Counted from the first letter of the stretch, positions 47,450 to 61,825 are shown. The stretch: DNA of 64,000 bases from the human T2T-CHM13v2.0 reference genome, Homo sapiens (GCF_009914755.1 NC_060928.1); one strand, 5' to 3'. A program made the numbers and translations. The notes: generated by a model not told the origin, from the letters alone.

Positions 47450-48986
47450 GCGGAATCTAAAGATAATGAAATGTTGAGGGATAGCCAAAGAACCATCCAG
47501 CCTGATTACCTTTCCAGGAAACCCAGTCAGCATGCATACAGGCTTTTTACTGTTCCACTCTTAAATATAAACCAAAAATAAATAATTACCAGATATTTGT
47601 AAAAAAATAAAAAACCTATCACATGAAATATAGAGTATATTAAAAAATAAAAGAAATAATTGGAGAAGCATAAACTAAAAAAGAAGAGAAAAATTTCTTT
47701 TAGAAAACCATATATAGTTAATATCTTCAGGAGATGAGAAAAGTTATTGGAGCTACTAAATAAGAAAAGGATGTGATTCAAAACAAAACAAAACAAAAAA
47801 AGAGCATTCAAAGTACAAGAAAATAGTGCCAGGTATTAAAAATGTAATAGCCAAAAAGGAAAATAATTTTTAAAAACTCAAAAAAATTCAGAAAATGAAG
47901 CTGAGGAAATCTCCCAGAACTATAATAAAAAAAGACATAGACAAAAAAAAAAAAAAAATTAAGGCAGTTTCTTGTAAAAATTGAAGAACATTCTAGGGGG
48001 AACCAAAACAGAAGTTCTAAAATAAGATAACAGCAACAATGGAAGAAAATTAATAATAAAATAATACAAGAAACATTTTCAGGACTACTTGAATATGTAG
48101 ATAGAAAGGGCCCACTTATGGCCCTGCAAATAGACAAATATAAAACCAAACTAATAAGTATCTTTGCAAATTTTTAAAATATTAAGGCGAAAAGAAGTTC
48201 TTGAAAATCTCCACAGGAAAATTTCAGTTTCAGAACAAGACTAAAATTAATAATAGCATTAAATTTGTTAAGAACAGCAGTAAAAACTAGGAGAGAATGG
48301 AGTGGTGCATTCAAACTCTATGAAAAATTTTTTCAAATTAGAATTCTATACTAAGTCACATTATCAATTTAACGTGAAAGCAGAATGAAAGCACCGGCAG
48401 ACATGAAAAATCATAACAACAAAAATTCCTTGCATGCAACCTTTCTCAGGAAGCTCTAGGAGAAAACGTTCCATTAAAATGGAATAAAATAAGAAAGAAA
48501 AATGCCTCAAATTCGGGAAACAAAGAAGTCGAGATAAGATAAAGTTAGAGATACCCTAACGCAGTGCTAAAGGGAAACGTAAAATAATACATGTGCCTTA
48601 AATCAACTATTCCCGATAACATGGTTAGAGGAAGTAAGGTAATGCAAGTGTTAAATTATGTGTGAAAGATGGGATGCCTGGAAGAAATTCATATCACAAA
48701 TATTACAGAAAGATAAGTAAACAGGGATTTAATATTCATGGATTTTTCTCCTATTTTATTTAAAATGTCAGACCTGTCTTAATGAGGTTCTACTGACATT
48801 TATTCTTTTTTAATTTTTCTTAGATCTTAAGAACCAGAAATTGGCATTAGAAGTTCCATTTCCAAATCTAAACAATACTAAATCATTCAACCTCTCTATC
48901 AATCTTTTTCTCGTCAGCTCATTTCATTGGCAAACAATTCTAATAATTAAAAATCTCCTTTTGTAATGGTGTTAAAACTGCATTCC

Positions 48987-49532
48987 TGTGAAGAAAATTA
49001 AAATATTTTATCCCAAAATGTATTTATTTGACATATTTTGAAATGGCTGTCACTTGGCCACCCTGACAGAAGCAGTCTTGCAAAGCTGTCTTAAGTGGGG
49101 AAAATCTGTCATCTGTAGAGAATCTCCATTAATGCAGCCATGCCTTCCTCCCCTTTCTATACCTTTCACCTGGATCCAGAAAAGATTGAGTCTGACACCT
49201 TTTGAAGTCTGAAAAGCAACATTTTCTGTCTATTCTCTCTGAGGGAGGCTTTGTCTACATGATAAGGCCATCTTTACTGACCAAGCTTCTTCCTTTCTTG
49301 TCAGTAACCTAATTTACTTGTTTTGGCCATGCTCTGAGTCTGCATTCTTTACTGTGGCCTTAAGATGGTATGTAAGTTTCTATATTGTACTGGGAAGTAG
49401 GGTCTTCATTCTGAAAGCCCACATGTATACATGTTAAATAAATTAGTATCCCTTTTCCCTTATTAATCAATATGCCTCATTTCAGTGACTTTTAGTGAAC
49501 CTTTAGGGGGTCAAGAGCCTATGGCCGCCACA
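48987..49532 (+). mobile_element. ERV1 solo LTR (MER4/MER34-group)
   Basis: tgtgaagaaaattaaaatattttatcccaaaa...ttaaataaatt...gtgaacctttaggggg...ccaca. Confidence 0.75.
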
Positions 49533-49574
49533 CCTCTAATTTCAAGCATCTAGTCTTTTTTTCTGTGATTACAG

Positions 49575-49904
49575 CAGGGATCCCCAACCGCTGGGCTGTG
49601 GACCAGTACTGGTCCATAGCCTGATAGGAACTGGGCTGCACAGCAGGAGGTGAGCGGCACCCAAGAGAGCATTACTGCCCTAGCTTCACCTCCATCAGAT
49701 CAGCTGCAGCATTAGATTCTCACAGGAGTGTGAACCCTACTGTGAACTGTGCATGTGAGGTTGTGTACTTCTTACGAGAATCTAATGCCTGATGAGCTAA
49801 GGTGGAACAGTTTTATCTTGAAACCATGCCCTCCCACCCCCATCTATGGAAACATTGTCTACCGTGAAACTGGTTCTTAGTGCCAAAAAGGTTGGAAACT
49901 GCTG
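49575..49904. mobile_element. MER1B hAT-Charlie MITE
   Basis: cagggatccccaacc...gcacagcaggaggtgagcggc...gtgccaaaaaggttggaaactgctg. Confidence 0.88.
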
Positions 49905-49959
49905 ATCTAAAGCATAATGTCTCTTATATATGGCAATTTTTCAAAACATGGCTGACTTC

Positions 49960-51470
49960 AAATACATCACTGCCTCTCTTAGTTTTTTAGTGGATGCCTG
50001 AGGGTCACAATTATTATCGTAATAGAAAATAATCTATTTTAATTGATACTAACTTAATGTTGATATTATACAAAAACTTTTCTCCAAATACTTCTGTTCC
50101 CTCCTCCATCCTTTGTGCTATTATATGTTTCTACATTATAAGCGTATAAACACAGTTTTATAATTATTGCCTTATAAATTGTCTTTTAAATCATATAGGG
50201 GAAGAAAAGAGTTACAAAAAAAAGTTAATATTACTTTTTATATTTACCTATGTAGTTACCTTTATTAGTTCCCTTTATTTCTTCATATGGATTCAAGTTA
50301 GTATTCAATGTCCTTTTATTTCAGCCTGAAGAACTCTGTTTAGCCTTTGTCGTAGGGCAGGTCTGCTAGCAGTGAGTTCTGCCAGATCTTGTTTTATCTG
50401 AAAAATACCTTTATTTCTCCTCATAGGAAAGTTTTGCTGAAAATACAATTCTTAGTTGCAGGGTTTTTGTTTGTTTCCTTCAACATTTTGGAGATGTCAT
50501 CACTCTGTATTCTGGCTTTTATGAGAAATCATCTGTTGAGTTTATTGAAGATTCTTCATATGTGATAAGCCATTTTACTGCTGCTGCTCTCAAGATTTTC
50601 TTATTGTCTTTGACTTTTGTCAATTTGACTATGATGTCTCTGGTTATAGATCTTTTTTAGTTTATTCTACTTGGAGTTCATTGAGCTTCTTCGATGTGTA
50701 GATGCATATTTTTCCTTACGTTTGGGAAGTTTTTGGTCATCATTACTTTATATAATATTTTTCCCCTCTCTGTTTCTTCTTTCCTTTGAGGACACTTTGA
50801 TCATGCACAAAGCCCTTCATGTTGAGTGTAGCCATCCTGATCCCAGGACTATTATATTGAGCTTTTTCCAAGTTTCCCTATGGTCATTCAGTTGTTTAAG
50901 ATTTCCTTTTAAATTTTGTGTCAGGCTCTTGTTTCTCCAACTGAAATCACAGTCTTAGGCAGCTTGGATGTTTCCAACAAACTGATGTTATTTTCAGATT
51001 GCTATTCTCGAGGGATAGGGCTTTTGCACTGTTCTATAAGCTGTAAGTCAAATCAAATAGCCACAATACTCTGGGAATGGAGATTTTCCAAGAAGTTGTT
51101 GGTACAGACAACATATTGACTGTGCTTCAGGGATGGAAATTGTAATATAACAATAAATTTTTAACATAACAATAAACTTCCTCACTTTAGACTGCAAGTC
51201 TATTGGGTTTTCATAAGCTACCACACCACTGAACTGGAGATGGAGGATTGAAAGAACCAGAACCACATTTTAAAATATCACAGGCCCTGCTTTCTTATGA
51301 AAGTTCAGTACTTTCTCACAGATAAATGATCTAGTTCGTTTAATGGTTTTGGTTAATTTTCAAAGTTGTGAAGTGGTGAATTTTAATTGTTTTATTATGT
51401 TTTTACATTGTTTTTATGGGAGAACAAGCTCATCAAATTCCTCACAGCATCATTCCAGAAGTCCTCTCTT
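49960..51470 (-). mobile_element. Old L1M (ORF1/5' region) fragment
   Basis: gggcaggtctgctagcagtgagttct; gagaaatcatctgt; ctcaagattttcttattgtctttgactt reverse ORF1 motifs. Confidence 0.75.
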
Positions 51471-52496
51471 TCTTATGCACCTATGTCTTCTCTAGTCTAA
51501 ATACTTCCAGTTGCCTGTAAAATTTACCACCATAAGAATAAAAGTTCAATTTGTTTGGTCAAAATTGTATCATCAGCAACTAGCACAGTCTCTTTTCTTC
51601 TATGTGAAGGAAACAAAATCTCAAACAAACAGAGATTTAGGTAGGAAAGTAGGTAGATGTATAGATTGGTAGAGAGAGGAAGAGAGAGCGACATGTGTGT
51701 ATATGTACAGACATCCCCATGTATAATTTACGTAAGAATATGCAAGAAACTAAGTAGCAATTACATCTAGAAAATGGCAAGCTAGTGGAGGAAAATACAT
51801 CTGCTTTCAATTTTTGTTTTTCTACCGCTTTAACTTTTAGAGAAGCATGAATTATATCAATAGAGACAGATTGATAGTTGGAGGAATAGGATTAAATTAT
51901 CCTCAAAAAATATTTCTAAGCCTTGTACTCTTATGATTGTTCTCTGTGCAGATTCTTTGTTGTCAGTGTTTCTATAAAAATATGGCTTTCACAATTCAAC
52001 AAAAATAAAAGATAAAAGAGAATTGGGCTAACACACCAAGTATAGTGTGATGAATTTTCCTTACTCAAGATGTAATAGTTTTATCAATGTTCTTTACGGT
52101 TGCGTTTGCTTAAATAGCAGTTACTTCTCCTAGAGCATCAAAATAACATTATCAAAAAGTTATTCCTTTGGAGGAAAAGCAAGAATATTTAGTTCAAAGA
52201 CTTTATTTTGCAATTAAACAAAATATGGAGGCCTCCACATTTAAAATATTTACCTAAAGACATATTACCAGGTCAAGTTGTCCATCTTGGCTTGTCTTAA
52301 TCAGGAAGTCCTTTGGGAATATTAGTAACTAAACATCTAAAAGAGTCCCAAGAGATGTGCTCTATAGAAAGCATTATATTTTGTGGTGCCAGTGAAATGC
52401 AAAAAGAGTTCAGGACAGATGGGAGTGATTTTTACTTAGACATTAACATTCTAGGGAGATGAAAGATGTTAAGCTCCAATGTATGCTTTTCTAGAA

Positions 52497-52943
52497 CAGC
52501 AGTTATTAAAGTGTGGTCTCAGTAGTCCCCAGATCCTTGTAGGCTGTCTGTGGTGAAAATTATTTTTGTAATAATAAGATTTTTTTGCTCTTTTGCTCTC
52601 ATATCTTCTACAAGAGTAATGTGGACTTTTCCAAAGGCTATGTGTTGTGCTATCACGATGGTGTGAATGCAGAAGCAGACATGAGGATCCAAATGTCTTC
52701 TATTAAGGCAGATATTTAAGGGATTTATGAAAATGTAAAATAATCCCACTCTTCTCACACATTTTTGACCCATAAATTATAGTTATTTTACATACCAATA
52801 TATTATGTATACATTAAAGTATAATGGGCTTATTATTTGGTAAATATTTTATTTTGTTTTCAGTTTTAATTTATAAAATTATTAATATTTATTTTCTTAA
52901 CTGTAAAAGGGGACATGAGACCAAAAATATTGAGAGTCACAGC
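52497..52943. mobile_element. Charlie4a-like hAT element
   Basis: cagcagttattaaagtgtggtc...gtggacttttccaaaggcta...gaatgcagaagcagacatgaggatcca...gagaccaaaaatattgagagtcacag. Confidence 0.7.
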
Positions 52944-53857
52944 ACTAGATTAGCTAGCTAAAAAAACAGTATGAACAAAAAGATGTTGTGATTATTGATA
53001 GAACTGAATTAGACTCTTTTATCAAACATGAAAGAGAGAAATAAACTACTATACGTTTTTTGTGACATAATCTCAATATTGTGAGATAGTACAAAACCAC
53101 AGCAAAAGATCAAAACTATGTTAGTAAAAATAAGACTAAAGTCTAAAATGCTAACTCACAAAACACTTCAATTTTCTAACTTGTATATCTCTAAAAAATA
53201 TAATAAGTACTTTGGATGAAGTGTAAGAATCAGCAATATTAAAAAGAAAACATTTTCAAAATTAATATTTACAAATCCTAGATATTTTCCTTTCAAGAAA
53301 GTTTGTGTTTATTTGTAGTTTATCCAGCATAGAAAATTTTTGAAAGATCACAGAAAATAAAATTACATCTGCTCATAAATTGACAAATCTCATAATATAC
53401 ATGAGGTATCCTCTTGGCTAAGGAAATTAAAACCTACATAATGAGAGAGAGAGAGAGACCATATGAGGATAACTTTTACTCAGATCTAAGATGTGAGTTT
53501 TTTTGTTTATAAACACACAAAAAATGTCAGACAGCTAGCTGCATTTTCTCTAACTGATTTAAAAATAAAAGACAATGCTGAGTTTGTATGGAGGCTTATA
53601 ATCAATCCCATTCTGGGAATCCTGATTATCTTAGTAGGATTAGGAGGAGGTTTTGCTACCTTTTTATTTTGGAAGTAATTATTTTTCTTGGCACAGAGGC
53701 AAATGTATTCAAATAGTTACCTGAATAGTGATTATTAATTAATGTAATTTTCACCAAGAAAGGATAATCCATAAGTGCAGAACTACATTGAGATGTTTAA
53801 AAGACGCTTTGGATGTATTAAACTGTGTTAAGTCTGGGGTTATAATCTTGTCACCAT

Positions 53858-54048
53858 CAGTGATTCTTAAACTGTAATGTAGAGAAGCCCGCGTGGATCT
53901 TCCTAAAAACACGGTTTCAAAGGAGTGTCGCCTTTAACAGAGTCTAATTATATGTATCTTGAGGTGGAAGCCCAAGAATCTACATTTTAGCAGTATACAA
54001 GGTGATTCTGACAAATGTGAGATAAGTTACACACTTTGAGAAAATGTT
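53858..54048. mobile_element. MER5-type hAT MITE
   Basis: cagtgattcttaaact...gcccaagaatctacatttta...ggtgattctga...cacactttgagaa. Confidence 0.75.
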
Positions 54049-54807
54049 CCAGTACAATCTAAGTAAAGTCCTTCTGAGGTTTTAAAAGTTTCCATTTAAA
54101 TTTTTATTTAAGTTTATTAATCTGACGGAGTTTATTAAAGTCATTTAAATTTAAATGCAATCATTTTAAGAGACTGGGATAAGGTACATAATGTTCAGTT
54201 AAAACCATTTCATCCCATCAATCATGATGTAGCTGCCCAGCTTCATAAATGTGCACAATGTACACAAATGTGAAGTTAAAAGTAATGTAAACACGTTGGT
54301 CAGGATAAAATTTTTATCACTTTGAAAAATAATTACATTGATGGCTCTAGTTTAAAAATTTTTCAAAGAAGTTTTGTTAAATTAACATCTCCTTGTCTCT
54401 AAAGATTAAAATAATTCAAAATTGCATGTATATTCTTTACTATAGTAGCTGTATTTGTTCCATCTTTAGGTAGTTTTTTTGTATAGCATATTTATGTGAA
54501 TAAAATATTTAATATATTTTTTGATGGTCATACTATGAAGATACACAAAAGGAAATGTGCATTTGGTAAGCTATGAACAACCACATAAAGTTTCAGTAGA
54601 CTCTATCAGAATATTATGTAACCTGAATGACTAATACAATGTTAATAATTCTTTAACATACATTGAAGTATTTCTTTTTGGAGTAGTAATTCATTTTTCC
54701 TCCAAACTTATTTATTTTTTAAACAAAATATCATAATTTATATAACTGAGACATTGGCTACTAAGTTGATCATTCTGACTGTAGTTTGTATGAAGTTAGT
54801 ACACTTA

Positions 54808-56090
54808 CCCAACATTTTATTGAATACCTATTATGTGCAGGATGTTGGCTATGCACAGAGATACTATTGTTATGTATTTCAGAATCTAACCTACATATAT
54901 ACATCAAACTGTATAATAGAGTGAGTATAGCAAGTGTTTTAATGGAGGTATAAAGATGATGGGAATAGAGGAAGTAACATAATTATGTCTGGGAGAAGGC
55001 ATGGAGAGAAGAGTTGGAAAGCTTTGTAGAAGATCACACAAAGAAAAGTAAATTTGACTTGGACTTGGAAGACTGGGATTTCCATCAACTGAAAAATGTG
55101 AAGAACAAAGAGAATAACAGGAGCAAATGCATGGAGTCTTGAAATTGTGTCCTATGTTTCAGGTGACATGTGATATATAAGTGACATGGAAGCAGAAGAT
55201 CAGACTGCCCATGTCAGTCAAGGTCAGATTCAGAATAGGCATTAAAAATATGTTTTGGAGTTATAATGAGGCTCTAGAAAATGTGAAGCCATGAAATAGT
55301 TTTAAATGCAAACTTGGTATGGTGTGACAACCTAAAAAACAGAAAGAAATTCTGCAAAGATATTGAATTGATTGGGGAATGTGCAGGTGATTTGCAAATC
55401 CAGGATATGCAGGCTTTGGGGACCATAGGCATGGTAAGGAAGTTGAGGCAAAGGGAAACTTTTAAAGACAAAAGGGGAAACTATACATATTTTGTTTGTA
55501 AACAAAGCAAACACTGGTTACAGAGGCTTATCGCAGGAGTTGACCCCATTCATTAGTGGAGACAGAGTGTCAGGCAACTGTTCTTGTGCATTCAGCTAAC
55601 TGCAGTTTAAAAAATCACTGCCAAAAGTTCTTGTTATAAGGCATACGTGTGTAAGAGCCCTTTAGAGGGTCTTTGTAATAGGTCTTATCATTGGCATGTG
55701 TATGAGGGCCCTCCACTCCTAACCTCCTGGGGTTTTATTTATTTTTGTTAGGGTTTGACACAAGTGACTCAGTTTTAATTCTGACAACTTTCATAGGTGA
55801 TATGTGTGCCTTGTTATATTTCTCTGGAGGCAGTTTTCAAAGAGGGGAAAACTTGAGGCAAGGAGATCATTAAAGGAAAAATGCATTAATAGATCCCTGA
55901 ATTAGGATAGCAGTGGTGAGCAAGGAAGAAAAGGAGGGAGAGAAAGAAAGGGAAGAATGAAGGAAGAAGAAAGGAAGGAAGAGAGGGAAGAAGAAAACCA
56001 CAAAAGTGGGCAAATGAAATTAGGATTAAATTAGTGAGGAATTGGATAAATTATAGAGGAATCAAATACGACCCTAAAGTTTGACTTAAA
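54808..56090 (-). mobile_element. L2 fragment interrupted by LTR and GA-rich repeat
   Basis: ccaacattttattgaatacctattatgtgcagg (reverse L2 tail) followed by L2-like body. Confidence 0.65.
55325..55795 (-). mobile_element. MER65-like ERV1 solo LTR
   Basis: Reverse complement starts tatgaaagttgtcagaattaaaactgagtcacttgtgtcaaaccc; perfect 4-bp TSD ggtg. Confidence 0.78.
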
Positions 56091-56449
56091 AGCTCTAGCT
56101 TAAACTTTAAGGCTAATTTTTATGCTGTAACCATTGGTTGAATTCGTTTTGTTTTCTTTTAAAAATATTTATGACTTTCAGTTTATACATTCTTTCTATT
56201 TCTCTACCTGTTAAGATGTGAGTGTACTGATTTTACTTATTAAAACATATTAAAACAACAAATTGCTATTTGATTAGTTCCTGGCTATTTATTAGATTTT
56301 ATTACTTCGTTTTATTTCCAAATTTTCTTTTAGATGTATTGCCATTTCACTTCACTATCCATTTCAAATTTCTTTTCAGCATTACTTAAAAAGTAATTTA
56401 GGTTTATTATAATGAGAACATTTTTGTAACCCCAATTTTTAAATGGCAG

Positions 56450-56680
56450 CATCTCATGTGACTCAATAGCTGAAAAATTACTAGCACTTTATAATGCATT
56501 TGTTTATATTACCTAGTGGCCCATTATCCCTTCTGAGAGAAGCTGCCCATCACATGATCCTCACTACAGAGCCAGATAAGGCCGACTGTAGGCAGACATG
56601 TTTTCTATTTTGTGACTCACCCATGCCCACTTCCTTCCCCCATGGCTAATCACTATCTACAGCCTGACTTGAAAACCTTA
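56450..56680. promoter_or_regulatory. Candidate enhancer (motif cluster)
   Basis: Two TGACTCA, two TCATGTGA/TCACATGA, AGATAAG and CACTTCCT within ~190 bp of apparently non-repetitive DNA; motif evidence only. Confidence 0.3.
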
Positions 56681-56688
56681 ATGAAGCC

Positions 56689-56974
56689 TCCCAGCACTTT
56701 GGGGGGCCAAGGTGGGCGGATCACGAGTCAGGAGTTCGAAACCAGCCTGGCCAACATGGTGAAACCCTGTCTCTACTAAAAATACAAAAATTAGCTGGGC
56801 GTGGTGGCAGGCACCTGTAATCCCAGCTACTCAGGAGGCTGAGGCAGGGGAATCGTTTGAACTCGGGAGGCTGAAGTCGCAGTGAGCTGAGATCGTGCCA
56901 TTGTATCCAGCCTGGGCGACAGGGCAAGACTCCGTCTCAAAAAAAAAACAAAAAAAAAAAAAAAAAAAAAACAA
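56689..56974 (+). mobile_element. AluS, 5'-truncated
   Basis: Begins tcccagcactttggg; TSD ccttaatgaagcc/ccttaacggagcc. Confidence 0.93.
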
Positions 56975-59069
56975 GCCTTAACGGAGCCCTACTTCTTCCG
57001 CTGGAGTGTGAATTAAGTGATTCCAAGACAATCAATTTGGTTACTAAAGAAAACTGGAGCTGGAAGGGGCTGGAAGGGTAAGTCCCAAATCAAAGTTATA
57101 AGCACAAACATCGTATGTAACCCCCAGGAATGCGGTCAGAAGGGAGAGAAAAATGGAGCTGACAACAGAGAGGAAATAGCTTGGAAAAAGAATGAGCTTG
57201 TGACATATGAGAACAAGAGCTTTTATCAAGACTGACATCTTTCCAACTCGTTTCTGTCTTTGAAATACTCCCTTTTTAGAAGTAAACTCCATGTGTGTTT
57301 GGTTTCTTATCAAACTAGCTTATCCCAAGCTTTCTACAAATCTCTTCCAACTCTTCATTTCTGGAAACGAAAATATGCCTAAACCCCATTCTCAGAGGCA
57401 TATTATCAGGGGATGAGCAGACACACTTTCATAGAAGGAAACAGGATAACTAAGCCTCTCTTGTAAAATAAATATTCTTAAGTTATAGATAATACTTGTA
57501 TCTCCTCCCATCCTTGCAACATAAAATTAGTTCGGAATCTCAATCTCCTTTTCTGAAAGGCATGCGGTCTTTCCACGTTCTGTACATTCTTGTTAACACT
57601 TGAAACAGTTTAGCCATTTATTTAAGCAAAAAGACAAAGAAGTTTTCAAAAAACAGAAAAACAGGTATTTTGTATATACAGCAGCAGTATTTTTGTATTT
57701 CACAATAAAATCAGGAAATATCATTAATCCTATCAGCCTGAAAAAACAAGCCAACATCTCCAAGTGGAGGGCCAGCTGCTTGCAGTTGCCTTTACATCAC
57801 GAATTGCCATAGGAAATTATGGACCTCCCTCTGGGAGTTCCAAGAACATTTCTTCGAGGGCAATTTTGACTTGACTGAATCAGCAAACTGAGACCCTCTA
57901 TGAGGGAAAAAACTGTCATCAGAGGAGGCATTTTAGGAGACTAATTCTGATTCTACTAATTGTAAAATATGTTCTTGTGACAGGAGATCCTTTCGTTAGA
58001 ACACAAGAGAAGGAAATTAAATGTCCGCAGAACATAACTAATTTTCTCTGACATTTCTGACTTTTAAAAATGAATATACCATAAATTCACTGCTTCAAAT
58101 CCCATTTGAAAATTGGTGTGGTGAATACCTAAACAAGGAAACCACAAGGTGAAAATCCAATAAACATTCAAAGTATACACATTGTAAGTATTTTGTCCTG
58201 TGACTGCTGTTAATCACAACACATTTTAACTAGCATTTATACTTGCTTTGAGCAATTTTCAAGTCATATAATAAAGTGAAACTAACTGTGTTTAGCCACA
58301 CCTTATTTTTAACCCCACATTGTATTACCTAGCTTGAAAGTTATACCAGCCTTCATCTAAAAATGACTTTTCACATTTTCCAAAAAGAATCAGTTCTACT
58401 CTCAAAAAATGAAGATTAAGACTTCTATTTTTTAAAGTGGTACAAATTCTGAAGGTATTAATTCCAAAAGAAGTTGCAAAAATATTTTGTCTAACAAGTT
58501 TCCCTACGAGATTACTCTAAAAGGGATAATTCGCATGGGAACATAAAAATCAATGTAGTTGTTTTTTCTTTAGAAAATTAGCCACAATAAAGAAAAAACT
58601 ACTAGGAAAATAAATAGAAAAGAATTTTTAAATTGTTACTGCTATTTTTATTCCTGTTACATTTTTGTGTTGACGTAGCCCAATACCCATGCTTCTCCAA
58701 ACCTCCTCCCACACACACTTAATTATATTAACAAATATTTTTGAACCCTACTCTGGTAGGCACGGTTCCAATCAGGTCTTGTCTACCCATTGGTCACCAT
58801 ATGTACTATCTGATTAAATTTGAATATGTTTTACTTGCTATATTTATAGTGTACGTATAACAACATTTTTCACTTACTGAGCATCATGTGTATCCACCAT
58901 AGTTTACTTCCTAGTATGCAGGAATGCTAACATGTATTCCTCCCTTTCACAAGAATGAATTGATATTTATGTCGTTGATGGAAGTAAGTGCTTAAGCAAT
59001 GTTTAGGTTTATCAAAAACTCCCCCTCTTTAGTTTATGTACATATTAACAAAACAAACAATATCATACA

Positions 59070-59467
59070 TAGTCACCCATTGCTTAATGGTGGAGATACA
59101 TTCAGAGAAATGCATCTTCAGGTGATTTTATCATTGTGCTAACATCACAGAGTGTACTTACACAAACCTAGAGGGTGATATAGCCCACTACACATGTGGA
59201 TTATATGGTATAGCCTATTGCTCCTAGGCTACAAACCTGTGCGGCATGTTACTGTACTGAATTCTGTAGGCAATTGTAACAAGATGGTGTTTGTGTATCT
59301 AAACATATCTAAACATAGAAAAGGTAATGCTTTGTGCTACGACTTTATGACTGCTATAAGATCACCAAGGGTTAGGAATTTTTCAGCTCCATTATAGTCT
59401 TGTGGGATCAGCATTGTATAGGTGGTTTATTGTTGACCAGAACTACCTTATGTGATGCATGAGACTA
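59070..59467. mobile_element. Tigger3 (GOLEM)-derived MITE
   Basis: gagatacattcagagaaatgcatc...agagtgtacttacacaaacctaga...ctcctaggctacaaacctgt...ttttcagctccattata. Confidence 0.85.
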
Positions 59468-60082
59468 CATAGTTCTAAATAATAGTATAGCACATACGTA
59501 CTACCTACAATTACTCTTGTATAGTCAGCTCTTTTTTTCTTTTTTTTTTTTTGGTTAACTAAAATTTTATTTATGGGTTTTAACGTAATTAAGTTCTCTG
59601 AAACCTTGAATGTTTAGACAGATAGCTAACCCAAATTTATTTTCCTAAATATACAAATGTTGAAAAAAAGTGAGTCTTTTTGCGTGAATTATCAGAACAT
59701 CTAACCTCATTTACCCATATCAGAAATATATACTTTATTTGGCACCATTTTACCCTAGATAAAGAGGATATTATTTAAAGTGTATTTTAAAATAGAAAAC
59801 ACTTGTGCCAAATGTTGAGGAAAAAAACATACAGAGTATGTGGGACAACTATGAGGAAAAAATGATTATGTCAATATGGTTCCAACAAACCTATTTCTAG
59901 CAAATAAAACCTAATCTAAAATATCAGCCCAGAATTATGCTATTCATTTATTTTCGCATATAAAGAGAGGACCAAATACATGCTGCTATTATGTGAGTTA
60001 ATGTGTGGGGTATGGGGTAGGGAAGAATGTGGAAGAATACAAGTATGAGAAAAAAATCATATTTGCCGTATTTTTAGAAATA

Positions 60083-60597
60083 TTTTAATTGCAAATATAG
60101 AAACCCACCTTAGTCAACTCAGTTTCCTGCAAAGGATTCATTGGCACATGTAATCTAACTTTGTCAAGGTCAGAATGCAGCTGGGTCACACAAGGCGGCT
60201 GCATCAAAGGACTTGCCAGGATGCTCTCCTTTCACTTCTTGCCCTTGGTTTTCTGTGTGCATCCTCTTTATCTAATTAATCTGGTTTTTCCCACTGGCTT
60301 AGAAACAAGAATACTAATGGTCTTATTAATATTGCTAATGTTCACTTCCAAAGAACTGAAATGCTCTTTGCCCAATGTTAAATTCTAAAAATTCCCAGAA
60401 AGTATTGTAATTGGTCCTAATTGAATACACTGTCCATCTTCGGACAAATAATAGTAGTCAGGGGCATTGGGCATCATAATGGGGACAACTTGGGTCAGGT
60501 ACTGCATCCTAGGTCAATCACTGTAGCCATGGAAACCTCTACCATATCCAAGAATGAAGGAGAAGTCTGAACAGAAAATCAGTAGGTGTCCACTACA
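60083..60597 (-). mobile_element. Old MLT1 (K/J-like) LTR
   Basis: ttgcaaatatagaaaccca...ggattcattggcacatgtaa...gattggtc-like/ggtcaatcactgtagcca...tgtccactaca. Confidence 0.6.
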
Positions 60598-61825
60598 CTG
60601 TCCTTAGAAGTTAAAATAATTAGGTTGCCACATGACAAAACATGCTATTAACTTTTAGATAGAACATCTTAAGCTGTCAATTAGTTTTCCAATATGAAAT
60701 TTATTTTAAACACAACTAAGTACGTAATATTTCCAGAATGGGAATAAAGTGAATTATGTCCAGCGTTTAGAGACGAACTGAAACTGTGCCATTAGAGAGT
60801 GTTCTAAGTGCTGAATTGTTTGTATTCAATAAAATAATTGCCATTTTCTCAAGACACCCAATTTGACAGTTCACAAAGCTCCACAGCACCTACTGTTTAT
60901 GATCCTAATTATATGAGCACAACATAAAACCACCGTGAACAAAAACCACATCAGACTGTCTCAAAGAACAGACTAACAAAATGAAAGATTCTCATACAAT
61001 AAATAATGAAATGCTTATATATTAAGAAGACCAAAGTTGTGATATCTAAAATGGCACAATAATTTTTCCAGAATTACGTTCTAAAAAATAACATTTAAAA
61101 AGAAATGTATCATTGCCTGCAGAGTTTGAAATTGCTGTCTCTGACAGCATTACTTCCTGTTGATACCAATTTTCCCGAGGGGCAAGACATTTAACTGGCA
61201 ATCCCCCTCCAACTGAGAGCCATCAGTGTCTGTTTATAACCAAGTCTTTGTTGATTTGGGGTCCAGGCCTTGTTCCATAGTCCGGGGGCTGCATTCTGTT
61301 TGCAGCAAATGGCCCAGTCACTGAATGAGCAAGCATCCGACATTGTGCTCTTATTCCTCGGCTGATAATGTTTGCGCTACTTCCAACTGCTTCAATATTC
61401 TTCACATGAGCCACTTTGTTGAATACTTAAAGCAGGACTTAGCAGTCTCCAAAGATCATAATTCATGATCATGGACTTCTGATACACCAGCTACTGGTTT
61501 AAGCCATACTCATAGACCCTCAAGAAAATCACAAACATTCTTGTCTCATGTTTTCTGGGTACTTTAACGATGCCATACTATCTACTAGAGAAAAATCCCC
61601 AGAGGATAGTACGTGTGAATTAGTCATTTTTTTCATCTTGTAAACTCAACACCTATGGGATAGTAAGCACCTGATAAGAATCTGTCGATTAAATGACTAA
61701 GTGAATGACATTTCCAACTAGGAAGAAATAATTCCATTGGAAGTGGAGAGGATGGGCTTCCACAATACAGTGCCAATTGTCTTCATGCTTAAGGTTCAAT
61801 GTTTGTTATATTAAAACATAATAAT

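Larger units (their letters stand above)
45985..48600 (+). mobile_element. Old L1ME-like 5'UTR/ORF1 fragments, interrupted by LTRs
   Basis: aagctgaggaaatctcccagaa, aaaataatacaagaaacattttcag, aaattagaattctatac ORF1-like motifs. Confidence 0.6.
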
